From positions 32,001 through 96,000 of the forward strand of contig JAVZNT010000002.1 of NCBI GenBank assembly GCA_038882655.1: DNA of 64,000 nucleotides. The letters run 5' to 3'. Source of the DNA: Candidatus Bathyarchaeia archaeon (GTDB lineage: Archaea; Thermoproteota; Bathyarchaeia; Bathyarchaeales; Bathycorpusculaceae). Shown one piece after another: positions 1-9,538 of the stretch. The position numbers were made by a program, and so were the translations under genes. The notes beneath the pieces are model-generated. The model was not told the origin of the DNA. It saw only the letters and a program-made list of their open reading frames with translations, and did no database searches. Every line of letters starts with the position of its first letter. The first letter of the stretch is position 1.

Positions 1-104
1 AATCGACAACAGAGAAGCCCTAAAAAAGGTTAATATCATAGAGATTTTAAATCCAGTTGCAAGGGGATTTCGAACACTAAAGATAACACCGGAAAGGATT
101 TAGA

Positions 105-779
105 ATGGCAAGCAAAGTTAGAGATAGCCAACAAATACCAGTCAGCGAAGCTTTACTAGCTGTGATTGCAAGTCTTTTGCTTTCACTTTTTCTGGCCGGA
201 TTAATTGCTAGTTTAAATTACGGCATCGCAATGGTTGTTGCAGAACTGCTTCTCGCGGCTGTTCCCCTCGGATACATGCTTTCAAAGAAAATAGACATTA
301 AAAAATACATTAGGCTTGAACTTAACCCCCGAAATATTTTATTAGGCGTAGCTGTCGGCTTTATTCTTGTATATTTCGATTTCCTCATAGTGATCGCATT
401 AACCTCATTATTTGGCCCAAGCAAAGTTGTTGAAGAAAGCAACAGACGAATAGCTGAAATGACCAGCTCCGTTGATGGACTAATTTTTGTTGCCGCTACC
501 TTAATTTCGGCGGGGATATGTGAAGAGTTCACTTTTAGGGGCTTTTTGCAAACTGCTATGAGTGGTAAGTATCCGTCATGGATAGCTTTAGTCGCATCTG
601 CCTTTGCGTTCGGCCTTCTTCTTCACTTTGACCCGCAAGGAGTCTACATAATTGCCGCGTTTCTCATAGGACTCGCAGTAGGTCTTGTCTATCAGTGGCT
701 ACGTTCTTACACCATCTGCGCAATTGCCCATGCAACACTGAACCTCATAATTCTAGCATTATCGCTTCTCCAACGATAA
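105..779 (+). CDS. CPBP/Abi family (CAAX-like) intramembrane glutamic endopeptidase
   Basis: Multi-TM protein with EEFTFRG, FGLLLH and AHATLN motifs. Confidence 0.85.
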   Translation: MASKVRDSQQIPVSEALLAVIASLLLSLFLAGLIASLNYGIAMVVAELLLAAVPLGYMLSKKIDIKKYIRLELNPRNILLGVAVGFILVYFDFLIVIALTSLFGPSKVVEESNRRIAEMTSSVDGLIFVAATLISAGICEEFTFRGFLQTAMSGKYPSWIALVASAFAFGLLLHFDPQGVYIIAAFLIGLAVGLVYQWLRSYTICAIAHATLNLIILALSLLQR

Positions 780-1646
780 ATTTCCAGTTCGTATTTTCTT
801 GGCTTCAAGGCTTACATCTAACGCTTTTGGGCTGTCAGTTATTTCCCCTAGGCTTACAATGTCTACTCCAGTTGACGCATACGCAACAACATTTTCGGCG
901 GTTATTCCTCCGCTTGCCTCTAACAAAACTTTTTCTAAAAAGCCAGCTTTTTTCAATTTTTCAACAGCCCTTTTTATTTGATTTGGCGAAAAATTATCAA
1001 GCATTATTATATCCGCTCTGGCTTCCGCCGCTGCTAAAGCCTCCTCGATGTTTGACACTTCAACTTCAACCTTCTTGCTGAAGGAGGCCTTTTCCTTGGC
1101 GGTTTTAACAGCCTTTTCAACGCCTCCGGCGATTTTAATGTGATTGTCTTTTATCAGAATCATGTCGTCCAAATGAAGCCTATGAGTGTCGCCTCCGCCA
1201 AGCAAAACTGCCTTCTTATCAAAGTACAGCAGTCCGGGTGCGGTTTTTCGCGTACACGCAACTATGGTTTTGTATCCCGCCTTCCTAATTTTCTTAACGA
1301 TTTTTCGTGTGGTTGTAGCTATGCCACTCATTCTGGAAACAATGTTTAGAAGTGTTCTCTCCACAGCCAATATTGCTCTGGCATCGCCATAAATTTTCAT
1401 CAACACCTGCTTTGGCTTTATTTCTTCTCCGTCTTTAACTAGAACCTCAAATTTTAAGCCTAGACTTTCAAGGAGAACTTTAGCTTCTTCGATTCCAGCA
1501 GCTACGCCGTCCTCTTTCGCGATTATTGCGGCTTCTGCGTTGCATCCTTCCGGAACTGTAAGGGCTGAAGTTACATCGCCTTGACCGACATCCTCAGCTA
1601 GCATTTGCTTGAGTTTTTTCTCCAAAATTTTTCTCGGCAAGAACAT
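759..1646 (-). CDS. nadC: Nicotinate-nucleotide pyrophosphorylase (quinolinate phosphoribosyltransferase)
   Basis: EDVGQGDVT, TRKTAPG, HRLHLDDMILIKDNH, IMLDN and EASGGI motifs; start moved to MFLPRK. Confidence 0.95.
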   Translation of the reverse strand: MFLPRKILEKKLKQMLAEDVGQGDVTSALTVPEGCNAEAAIIAKEDGVAAGIEEAKVLLESLGLKFEVLVKDGEEIKPKQVLMKIYGDARAILAVERTLLNIVSRMSGIATTTRKIVKKIRKAGYKTIVACTRKTAPGLLYFDKKAVLLGGGDTHRLHLDDMILIKDNHIKIAGGVEKAVKTAKEKASFSKKVEVEVSNIEEALAAAEARADIIMLDNFSPNQIKRAVEKLKKAGFLEKVLLEASGGITAENVVAYASTGVDIVSLGEITDSPKALDVSLEAKKIRTGNLSLEKR

Positions 1647-1696
1647 ATTTCCAACTTTACATTTGAAACTTAAAAAGCATTTACCCCTCAAGCCAT

Positions 1697-2875
1697 CTAA
1701 CTTTTGTTTGCCATTTCAGTTATCACGTTGACAGCATTTTCCAATCCATCATATTTCAAAAATTCAGCTTGCGTTTGCCCAAGTTTTTCCACGTTATTCG
1801 CCGTGAGGGTTTGCTCAACTGTTTTGAGTAGTTTGTTTAGGCTCAAATTTTCTTGTTGGATAACTTTTGCAACGCCGAGTTTCTTGGCTTGGACAGCGTT
1901 GTTTATTTGTTCCGTATGGTTTGGCGTGGGCACCAGAATCATGGGTTTGCCATAACACATGCACTGAGTTATTGTGCCATGCCCGGCTCGACTTATAACC
2001 AGGTCACAAGCCTTTAAGTATTCGAAACGATTTGGAATCCACTTATAAATTGTCAGGTTACCATAGCGTATAGGATTAGTATCCGCGTTTGGATAACCCA
2101 TCGACAAAACAATTTCATAATCCTTTGGAAACCTCATCAGGATTTTCCTTAAAATTCCAATAAAAAACGCCTTCTCCTTTACACTGCCGCTGATGGGCAC
2201 AAAAATGACAGGCTTATTTTGAGGCATATTCAACATTTTTCGGATTCCCTTTTTATCTGGCAATTTCTCCGGGTGAACCGGCAAAATGGGTCCTATAAGA
2301 TGGACTCGCTTCTGATAAACCTTTGGAATGTTCAAGTTGCCAGCACAAACCGTGTATGGTTGGGGGAAATCCGGTATCAAAACCATGTCTCCAGTCGTCC
2401 AGACTTTTCCAATAAGTGTTAAAGTAACGGAGTCCGCAAATCTAGCCAACCTTAGAAAGCGTTTTTTCCGAGGAATTATTGGTTGGAACTGGTTTAGAAT
2501 ACAGATTCTAGGCTTTCTTAGGATTCTTGCGGCTAACAGAGTGGAAGCACGGGAATCCGAAACCACAACATCAGGGTTAAAACTTTCAATCGCGTACAAT
2601 TCGGCATTAACCTGTCTCATAAAGGTGAAAGACGCAAGAAATGGACCAGGGTTAACGGCTGTTTGCTTAAAATCTATTGTTCCGTCAGGTCTTACTTGGA
2701 AGCCTATTGGTGGTGCCTTAAACAAAGGGAAGTTTTCCCGCTGAATGTATGGAATTCCTTCGCGATATGTTGAAAACATCACGCTGGCATTTTTCTCTAA
2801 AAATCTCTTGGCGATTGGAACGCACCTCCCAACATGTCCTAGCCCTATTCCACATGGGGCAAAGTAAATTCGCAT
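1697..2875 (-). CDS. GT-B glycosyltransferase (MurG/GT28-like, MJ1255-type)
   Basis: GIGLGHVGR N-terminal motif; ISRAGHGT and EQINNA C-terminal motifs. Confidence 0.8.
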   Translation of the reverse strand: MRIYFAPCGIGLGHVGRCVPIAKRFLEKNASVMFSTYREGIPYIQRENFPLFKAPPIGFQVRPDGTIDFKQTAVNPGPFLASFTFMRQVNAELYAIESFNPDVVVSDSRASTLLAARILRKPRICILNQFQPIIPRKKRFLRLARFADSVTLTLIGKVWTTGDMVLIPDFPQPYTVCAGNLNIPKVYQKRVHLIGPILPVHPEKLPDKKGIRKMLNMPQNKPVIFVPISGSVKEKAFFIGILRKILMRFPKDYEIVLSMGYPNADTNPIRYGNLTIYKWIPNRFEYLKACDLVISRAGHGTITQCMCYGKPMILVPTPNHTEQINNAVQAKKLGVAKVIQQENLSLNKLLKTVEQTLTANNVEKLGQTQAEFLKYDGLENAVNVITEMANKS

Positions 2876-3024
2876 AGCTACTTCCCTAGAAACTTTGAGG
2901 TTTGCAAGGCTTGTGTGCTGCAAAGAGACATGCTCAACGTATCTTTTTTGGAAGCATCTTTTTAAAAAGTTTTGCAGCGGTTTAAAAGTGTTATAAAGCT
3001 GTAATAAAAAGATAGGGAGATGGT

Positions 3025-3594
3025 TTATTTCCTGGTTTTCGAAGGTTGTTGGACAATTTTCTTATGATAAATTTTAGCAGCGACACAAAGGGCAGCGGCT
3101 ATCAAGGCAAGCCAGAAAACCCATGTGAAACCAGCTGTGATTGGCGCTATTATTTCTATAGCACCTAAATTCAAAGTGGTTGTGGAGGTTCCGTTTATTG
3201 GTATATTTATTTTCAGCATTGCTTGCACAGCGTATGAAACCCCGATTATGAAGACTGAGAAAATTATTACCGTGATTAATGGTTTTTTGTAAGCAAATCC
3301 CAACAAATGCTTGGAGTAGTTTTTCTCTGGAAGAACAGAGTAAACTATTATCGCAATCGCGCTGGCGATGAAAGATAATTGACATGAAAGGTTTATGAAG
3401 AATATAAGTGGGATTCCCATTGATGAACCCAAAATGGTAGAACTGAAACTTAGGGGTGAAATACCAGCATACCCCAAATCTTCGCCGATCGAGAGTTGCC
3501 ACCATGGAGAGGCATAAATTAAAGCGAGAGCCACAAGAGTTAATGTAGCTATTCCTCCGGCCAATCCGAACCAGTTTATTTTTTTAAGGTTCAC
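3025..3594 (-). CDS. Hypothetical membrane protein
   Basis: About 4 hydrophobic segments; GTG start with GGAGAGG upstream. Confidence 0.65.
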   Translation of the reverse strand: MNLKKINWFGLAGGIATLTLVALALIYASPWWQLSIGEDLGYAGISPLSFSSTILGSSMGIPLIFFINLSCQLSFIASAIAIIVYSVLPEKNYSKHLLGFAYKKPLITVIIFSVFIIGVSYAVQAMLKINIPINGTSTTTLNLGAIEIIAPITAGFTWVFWLALIAAALCVAAKIYHKKIVQQPSKTRK

Positions 3595-3609
3595 GCATCT
3601 CCTCTCCTT

Positions 3610-4122
3610 TTAAGGAATAGTTGCCGGAATGGGGATTGCTTCGACCGCGATGCTTTGCTTATAATGTATTTCAACACCTTGCATGGTAAGTCTTATGTCA
3701 CGCAGTTCGATACTTACATTAGTCTCCCCTGGATGATTGTTTATAAAGTGTGACAGTGCTTCATTGTTGAAGTTTAAGATCAGCGTGATTTTTGAGATGG
3801 ATTTTGGTGATATACTAACAGCACTTTTTTCACGGGCAGTTCCTAGACGAAAATTATGTTCGGTACAGTAAATGTCTCCGTCGATTGAGTTGATTTCCAA
3901 ATGAACGTCGTATGGGTTTTTGAAATTAAATTGCAGCGCAATTTTGCCATCTGTGATGCTATAATTCAAATACTCGATTTCAGGCGTACCTTCTATGAAG
4001 TAGCTAAAGTTTTCGGGAATTATTAAAGCCAGCAAGTTATCACTGTGTAAAAGCAGCGCTCCACCAATTGGACCAACAAAAAGTATAATTGAAATTGCAA
4101 AAAGAATCCATTTGATTGGCAT
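3610..4122 (-). CDS. Hypothetical membrane-anchored protein (possible LEA14-like beta-sandwich)
   Basis: N-terminal TM followed by NPY motif and beta-rich domain; GGAGGAG upstream of ATG 4122. Confidence 0.6.
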   Translation of the reverse strand: MPIKWILFAISIILFVGPIGGALLLHSDNLLALIIPENFSYFIEGTPEIEYLNYSITDGKIALQFNFKNPYDVHLEINSIDGDIYCTEHNFRLGTAREKSAVSISPKSISKITLILNFNNEALSHFINNHPGETNVSIELRDIRLTMQGVEIHYKQSIAVEAIPIPATIP

Positions 4123-4233
4123 CCTTCTCTCCTCCTTGAGGCTTATTTGTTCAACAATCTTACGTATATTATTTTTGATTTCTAATGGACGATGGTTTGA
4201 CACGGGCGTGTACCCTAAAATGCGCAAAGTGTT

Positions 4234-4875
4234 TTAGGGCTTTTCTCCCTTCCTCATGTCTATTATGCGAACACTTCCATTTGGGCTGTCTTCTTGTGCA
4301 ATTATGCAGCTAAACTTGTAGACTTTAGTACCCTTCATTAGCCAACAATCTGGCGGTAACCCGGCCTTTAAACAACATTGGCACAGGAACTCTTCTTCAT
4401 TCCAGTCCCATTCCACAGGCACTCGCGGCAGAAGAAGCCCTTTGTAAATTCCCCTTTCAACAATTAGCCCGTCCACACCAACCTTGATTTTTGATGGATA
4501 CTCGTTTGGCTTTTCAACTTCAACAAGTTGTGGAGGGGTTAATACACTTATCTCAAAAACAACTTTGTCTAATTCGCTTAGGGAGAGGGGATAAAATCTT
4601 GGGTCTTGGGTTGCTGAGCTTATGGCAGATTCTATAACTGCTTGTGCCAGCGGTGTTGTCGGATAAGGAAGCCCAATGCATCCTCGCAGTTCCCTTTCTT
4701 CCCCTTCAATGCTGTTTATTGTTACGAACACGCCACATGATAGCATCAATTTTTCCGGTATGTCTTCTGGGACGCGTATGCGCTTTTTCGTTTTTAGGTA
4801 TTCCTCTACAGCGTTGCGGGCAAGTCTAACGAGAGTTTTACCCTCTTCTAGGCTTAAGTCGAAAGACAAGTGCAT
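4234..4875 (-). CDS. AMMECR1/AmmeMemoRadiSam system protein A family protein
   Basis: GVFVT, LRGCIG, DPRF, EISVLTPP, GLLLP motifs. Confidence 0.9.
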   Translation of the reverse strand: MHLSFDLSLEEGKTLVRLARNAVEEYLKTKKRIRVPEDIPEKLMLSCGVFVTINSIEGEERELRGCIGLPYPTTPLAQAVIESAISSATQDPRFYPLSLSELDKVVFEISVLTPPQLVEVEKPNEYPSKIKVGVDGLIVERGIYKGLLLPRVPVEWDWNEEEFLCQCCLKAGLPPDCWLMKGTKVYKFSCIIAQEDSPNGSVRIIDMRKGEKP

Positions 4876-4906
4876 TTATCCCCGAGTTTTGATGGGTTGG
4901 TTCTGC

Positions 4907-5527
4907 TTAGAATTTTATTGATTCCTCGCGGGTTCCATCCTTTGTTATGAATAGGAAGTCTATGCCGTCGCCGCTCATTATATCTCTGCTTATGGCGGAT
5001 TTTATCGCCCTTATGACGAGCTCCCTGCCTTCCTCCATGCTTAAGCCTTCCCTATAACTTTCCTCGAGGACGCCCATGGCAATTTCTGTGCCAGAACCCA
5101 CAACGGCGAACTTGTCGGGTATAACTGAGCCTAAAACGTCTAACACATAAAGTGAGGCTCCTTCTTTATCTATTCCGCCAACAATTGTCTGGGTTATGAG
5201 TGGCGCCAGCCTATTGGCAAAGAGCAAGTTTGACATAAGTTTGGCGGCTGACTTGACAGATATCGGTCTTCCAACATCCATGTTATACAGATTTGCATAA
5301 GCTTCAACTTCACGTACTAGAATCTGCATGTCTGAAACCAGCCCGGCGCACGCGGCGCCAATATGGTCTGTTATTTTGAAGACCTTTTTTCCGCCTCTGC
5401 TTACGACTAGGTATCCATATGAGACTCGTTTTTCAGAGGCGAGGATGACGCTGTCTTTGCACACTATGCCCACGGTTGTTGCTCCTGGAATCCATAAGTA
5501 TTGGGGCATTTGCCCTTCCTTTTCCAC
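4907..5527 (-). CDS. psmB: Proteasome subunit beta (probably the non-catalytic paralog)
   Basis: GATTVG, KVFKI, GLVSDMQ, GSGT, RDIMSGDG; GTG 5527 preceded by AGGTGA (ATG 5509 is an alternative start). Confidence 0.92.
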   Translation of the reverse strand: MEKEGQMPQYLWIPGATTVGIVCKDSVILASEKRVSYGYLVVSRGGKKVFKITDHIGAACAGLVSDMQILVREVEAYANLYNMDVGRPISVKSAAKLMSNLLFANRLAPLITQTIVGGIDKEGASLYVLDVLGSVIPDKFAVVGSGTEIAMGVLEESYREGLSMEEGRELVIRAIKSAISRDIMSGDGIDFLFITKDGTREESIKF

Positions 5528-5643
5528 GCTGTTTTCACCTTTCCACGTGATATGCGAGCACAACCTATTAAACTTAATGTCTCCCAAACTCTGCAAAGCT
5601 AAATAGCCACCAGTACCATAGCAGTACTGAGAAGGGGGAGAAA

Positions 5644-6246
5644 ATGATAAACTTGTACGCAAAGCTCCACGACGATGTATGGTTTGGCGTGGCATGTAAC
5701 TACAAAAGTATTTTCGCCACTGCATTTGCGCCAAACCAAGGAATGGTTTTCCGTAGTTTGTTAAGGAGCATCCCGTTTAATGTTCCCTTTCAATGTTCTA
5801 AAGAAGGCATGTTTCTAGCCGATCAAGTGGTTTCCACACTAAGAGACATTTACAATGGAAAAGCCGCGCACAACAAGTTTTCCTTAAACATGGAATCTTT
5901 GTCCAAATATATGCAAAAGGTTCTAAGAGCTACTGCCCATATTCCAGTTGGCTACGTGACTTCTTATGGATTAATTGCGAAGGTTGCTGGCGGAAGCCCA
6001 AGGGCTGTTGGACGGGCTATGGCTTTAAACCCATTTCCGCTGCTAATTCCATGCCATAGAGTTGTGGCTTCAGACCTTTCTCTAGGCGGGTATGGCGGAG
6101 GCTTAAAGGTTAAGCTGGAGATATTGAGACGCGAAAAGAGGGGGCACAGCGAGGGGCGAGAAATACCTGTAGACAGGGGAATACTGAAGATTTTCCCGGT
6201 TGAGCTTGTCCTAGAAAAGGTTTTGAAGAAAGCGATAAAGGTTTAA
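5644..6246 (+). CDS. ogt: Methylated-DNA-protein-cysteine methyltransferase
   Basis: PRAVG and IPCHRVV active-site motif. Confidence 0.9.
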   Translation: MINLYAKLHDDVWFGVACNYKSIFATAFAPNQGMVFRSLLRSIPFNVPFQCSKEGMFLADQVVSTLRDIYNGKAAHNKFSLNMESLSKYMQKVLRATAHIPVGYVTSYGLIAKVAGGSPRAVGRAMALNPFPLLIPCHRVVASDLSLGGYGGGLKVKLEILRREKRGHSEGREIPVDRGILKIFPVELVLEKVLKKAIKV

Positions 6247-6295
6247 ACGTAAATAATAAAAGCCTAATGACCGAATCTAGTGAAAGAGTGGTTTC

Positions 6296-6820
6296 ATGGT
6301 TAGGCGTGGTCTTTTTGTTGGAAGGTTTCAGCCCTTTCATAAGGGGCACCTTAACGTCGTGAAAGACATCTTGAAAGAGGTTGACGAACTTGTCTTAGTC
6401 GTTGGCAGTGCACAGTACAGCCACCGCATTGACAACCCATTCACAACTGGTGAAAGACTTGTAATGATTCGAAAAGCTCTGAAAGAGGCTGGAATAGATT
6501 TGGGTCGAATATGGATTGTGCCTGTTCCAGACGTCCACATCCACATGGTTTGGGTTTCAGCTGTTGAAGGTTATACGCCAGGCTTTGATGTTGTTTACTC
6601 CAATGAACCCTTAACACGGAGGCTCTTCATAGAAGCCGGCTACGAGGTTAAATCAATACGCTTCCATAAGCGGAAAATCTACTCCGCCACCGAGATAAGA
6701 GAAAGGATACTAAAAGACGGAAACTGGGAGGAACTTGTCCCAAAAAACGTTGCTGAATTTATAAAAGAGATTGGCGGCGTCGAGAGGCTTAAAGACCTAA
6801 CTAAAAGCGATAAAGTATAA
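6296..6820 (+). CDS. nadM: Nicotinamide-nucleotide adenylyltransferase
   Basis: GRFQPFHKGH, GSAQ, NPFT, SATEIR. Confidence 0.93.
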   Translation: MVRRGLFVGRFQPFHKGHLNVVKDILKEVDELVLVVGSAQYSHRIDNPFTTGERLVMIRKALKEAGIDLGRIWIVPVPDVHIHMVWVSAVEGYTPGFDVVYSNEPLTRRLFIEAGYEVKSIRFHKRKIYSATEIRERILKDGNWEELVPKNVAEFIKEIGGVERLKDLTKSDKV

Positions 6821-7592
6821 CTTTGTCCCCAGCTTTAGCTTTAAACGTTTCAGCAGCGTTTCCTTGATTTACTGATATCTCGAGAAAGTCGTGGCTACCT
6901 ATTATTGCCAGCGGCTTTTTGGCTGATACTTCGGCGTAAGCCTTGCAAAGCTTCAGCCTATACGTGGTCTTTCCAATCTTTATGTTTAAGCTTTCTCTTG
7001 TTCTAAGCGATTCCAACTCCCTTGTTGTGAAGTTTGTGATGATGTTACCGAAGTTGTCCACGTGGATGATTTCGCCAACCAGCGTGGAACCTTTCCTAAA
7101 GATTTTTGCGAATTGCGGTTTCACAATCTCGTGGATTTCTGGTCCAAACTCTGATGGTGAAACTCCTTTTGATAGATAGGCGGCTGCCGGAGCGAAAATG
7201 TCTCTTCCATGAAAGGTTGTTGAAACCTTTGGAAGCATGTATTTGGGATTTGTTATTTCATAAATGTGCCTTATGCCTTGTTTTTCTGCCGCCAAGGCTA
7301 AGACGCCGTTGTCTGGTCCTATGAAAAAGCTGATTTCTGTCTCTATTAAGATTGGTTTGCGTTTTGTTCCAACGCCTGGATCTATGACGGCTATGTGTAT
7401 TGTGCCTTTTGGAAAGTATGGTGCGGCACTTGCCAAAACGTATGCGCCCATTCTTATGTTGAACTTTTCTATTTGGTGGCTTATGTCAACTACTTCCACA
7501 GAGGGGTTTATGCCTAAAATGACTGCCTTAATCTCTGCTACATAGGGGTCTGCGAGCCCAAAATCTGTTGTCAATGTTATTAGCGGAACCAT
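6801..7592 (-). CDS. SAM hydroxide adenosyltransferase (DUF62, chlorinase/fluorinase family)
   Basis: TTDFG, VIDPGVGT, GPDNG, TFHGRDIFAP, DNFGN. Confidence 0.92.
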   Translation of the reverse strand: MVPLITLTTDFGLADPYVAEIKAVILGINPSVEVVDISHQIEKFNIRMGAYVLASAAPYFPKGTIHIAVIDPGVGTKRKPILIETEISFFIGPDNGVLALAAEKQGIRHIYEITNPKYMLPKVSTTFHGRDIFAPAAAYLSKGVSPSEFGPEIHEIVKPQFAKIFRKGSTLVGEIIHVDNFGNIITNFTTRELESLRTRESLNIKIGKTTYRLKLCKAYAEVSAKKPLAIIGSHDFLEISVNQGNAAETFKAKAGDKVILYRF

Positions 7593-7706
7593 GGCTATAT
7601 CACAGTATTTAGCCTCGTTGGTTAAATTTTGCGATATTGTGCAATTTATTTATATGCAAGTTGCAAGCCAGCATTTTTCAAAAGTTGTCAGTTGTGAGGA
7701 GCGCAC

Positions 7707-8465
7707 TTGCGAAGCTTCGAACATATGAAAAAGCGAAGATTTATGGTGATGGACGCACGAGGTTTAGCTTTAGTTATTAGTTTTTCAGCATTATACGCAG
7801 TTTTCTGCATATTTCCAATATTCCAGATTATTGGTTTGCCCAGCAAAGCCATAACAGCGGCGGCTGTCATGGCGCCGGTCATCGGTATGATTCTCGGACC
7901 CTACCTTGGAGCCTTCTCAACAATGGTTGGCGGAGCAATTGGGTTGTTAACGGGATTCTTCTCTCACATGAGCTTTGTTGCAGGTGTCGCCACTGCCCTT
8001 TGCGCTGGCTTCCTCTACACTGGTAGGCGGGATTTATGCGCCTTAACCTATTTCTCGCTTCTATTACTTTTCGGCTTCTGCCCCTTTGTTGGGCCAGTAT
8101 GGCTTTACCCACCACTAATGTGGTTTCAGATTTTAGGCCTAACGGTTCTAATTTCTCCATTACAATCTTTGGCTTTAAGAAATATGAAGAATGCAAAGAG
8201 CAATGGTATGCGCATTTTTGGCTTTTTCGTAACGTTTTTCGTCTCTACGTTAGCCGGGCAAATTGCTGGTTCATTTATGTTTGAGTTGACCTTCTGGCCG
8301 TTATTCACAGCGAATGTTAACGCTATAGGAGCATACTGGCAAATTATCACTTTTCTTTACCCAATTGAAAGGGTAGTCATAGCGTTAACTTCGACTTTCA
8401 TCGGCGCTGGACTGCATAAAGCCTTAAAACTGGAAAGCACTGGACAAAACCTCTTTAACGTTTAA
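7707..8465 (+). CDS. Integral membrane protein, ECF transporter S-component-like
   Basis: Multi-TM with 'APVIGMILGPYLG' pattern typical of S components; true start probably further downstream. Confidence 0.55.
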   Translation: MRSFEHMKKRRFMVMDARGLALVISFSALYAVFCIFPIFQIIGLPSKAITAAAVMAPVIGMILGPYLGAFSTMVGGAIGLLTGFFSHMSFVAGVATALCAGFLYTGRRDLCALTYFSLLLLFGFCPFVGPVWLYPPLMWFQILGLTVLISPLQSLALRNMKNAKSNGMRIFGFFVTFFVSTLAGQIAGSFMFELTFWPLFTANVNAIGAYWQIITFLYPIERVVIALTSTFIGAGLHKALKLESTGQNLFNV

Positions 8466-9224
8466 TTTTGGCTTGAAGCTGCTTATGAAAATGCACTGTT
8501 CGGGAAGCAGAGCCATATCCCTAGGACCATAAACTCCATCGTCAAATTTGACGGGTGCTCCTTTAATTAAAACTGCTGGAATTTTTTCCGAAGTTTCGCC
8601 CATCAAAAGGTGGGCTGCCGACGCCAAGTCGTCTGCCACCGCATGTAACGTGATAGCCAACTTTTTCCCAAAAATGTCCTTTTCACTTCTGCAGTCCTTT
8701 ACCGGTTTTAAGCCAGCAACTGCCAATGCTAAACCAGTTGTGCCAAGCCTTAATGGTCTTAAACCGCTGTCAACAATTATGACTGCAACGTTTTTCCCGG
8801 TTCTGTGCATTATCTCTTCCCTAATGTTTTTTGCCCATTTCTCCGGGTTTTTCGGCCACAAAACAACAGCATCTTGCGGGGCGTTTTTGTTGTCTATCCC
8901 AGCATTAGGCGTCAAAACACCATTTTTTAATGTCAATACAGCCTTTTTTACCCCGCCAAAGATTTCTTCCGCCTCTTGCATGATCAGTTCAGCAAGCTCT
9001 GGCGGTATGGCAAATTTGCTAGCAAGTTTTTCAGCCTCTTTAGACGGTTTGATTTCTTTTAGCTTCACGATGCGGCCTTCTGCATAGGCTGTGATTTTGG
9101 ACGCCAACGCTAAAATGTCACCATCATCAAATGTCAGTTCATGTTTCTCCATTGCCTTTAAAATGGTGTCAACTATGTTGTCTCCTTGTTTTATAATATC
9201 AGTTTCTATTGGAAAAAGTTTCAA
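8424..9224 (-). CDS. cofE: Coenzyme F420-0:L-glutamate ligase family protein
   Basis: ASKI, PNAGID, IVDS, D-IFG, DDLASAA, MGE motifs. Confidence 0.8.
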   Translation of the reverse strand: MKLFPIETDIIKQGDNIVDTILKAMEKHELTFDDGDILALASKITAYAEGRIVKLKEIKPSKEAEKLASKFAIPPELAELIMQEAEEIFGGVKKAVLTLKNGVLTPNAGIDNKNAPQDAVVLWPKNPEKWAKNIREEIMHRTGKNVAVIIVDSGLRPLRLGTTGLALAVAGLKPVKDCRSEKDIFGKKLAITLHAVADDLASAAHLLMGETSEKIPAVLIKGAPVKFDDGVYGPRDMALLPEQCIFISSFKPKLNVKEVLSSAFQF

Positions 9225-9229
9225 GGGCT

Positions 9230-9514
9230 TTATCCTCCGTGGGAAACTGGGATGAAAACCACCTCATCCCCGTCCTTCAGAACAGTTTCCAAACCTTTCA
9301 AGACACTGATTTCGCGGCCATTCACAATTATTAAGGTGTTTGGTCTCGGGTCACCCAATTCTGGGTCAATTAAGGCTCTTTCCATTTTTGGGAATTCCTC
9401 AATAACCCGCTTTAATGCTTCCTTGAGTTGCGCGCCTTCCTTTAGTTCTATTGTTACTTTGCTCTTGTTGGTTATGTTGCGGAAATTGCCAACAAACCTA
9501 AAGTTTACCTTCAT
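9230..9514 (-). CDS. MoaD/ThiS/SAMP ubiquitin-like protein
   Basis: Beta-grasp pattern, VNG motif, C-terminal PVSHGG. Confidence 0.9.
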   Translation of the reverse strand: MKVNFRFVGNFRNITNKSKVTIELKEGAQLKEALKRVIEEFPKMERALIDPELGDPRPNTLIIVNGREISVLKGLETVLKDGDEVVFIPVSHGG

Positions 9515-9538
9515 CTTTCGCGTCCTTCTTTAAATGGT

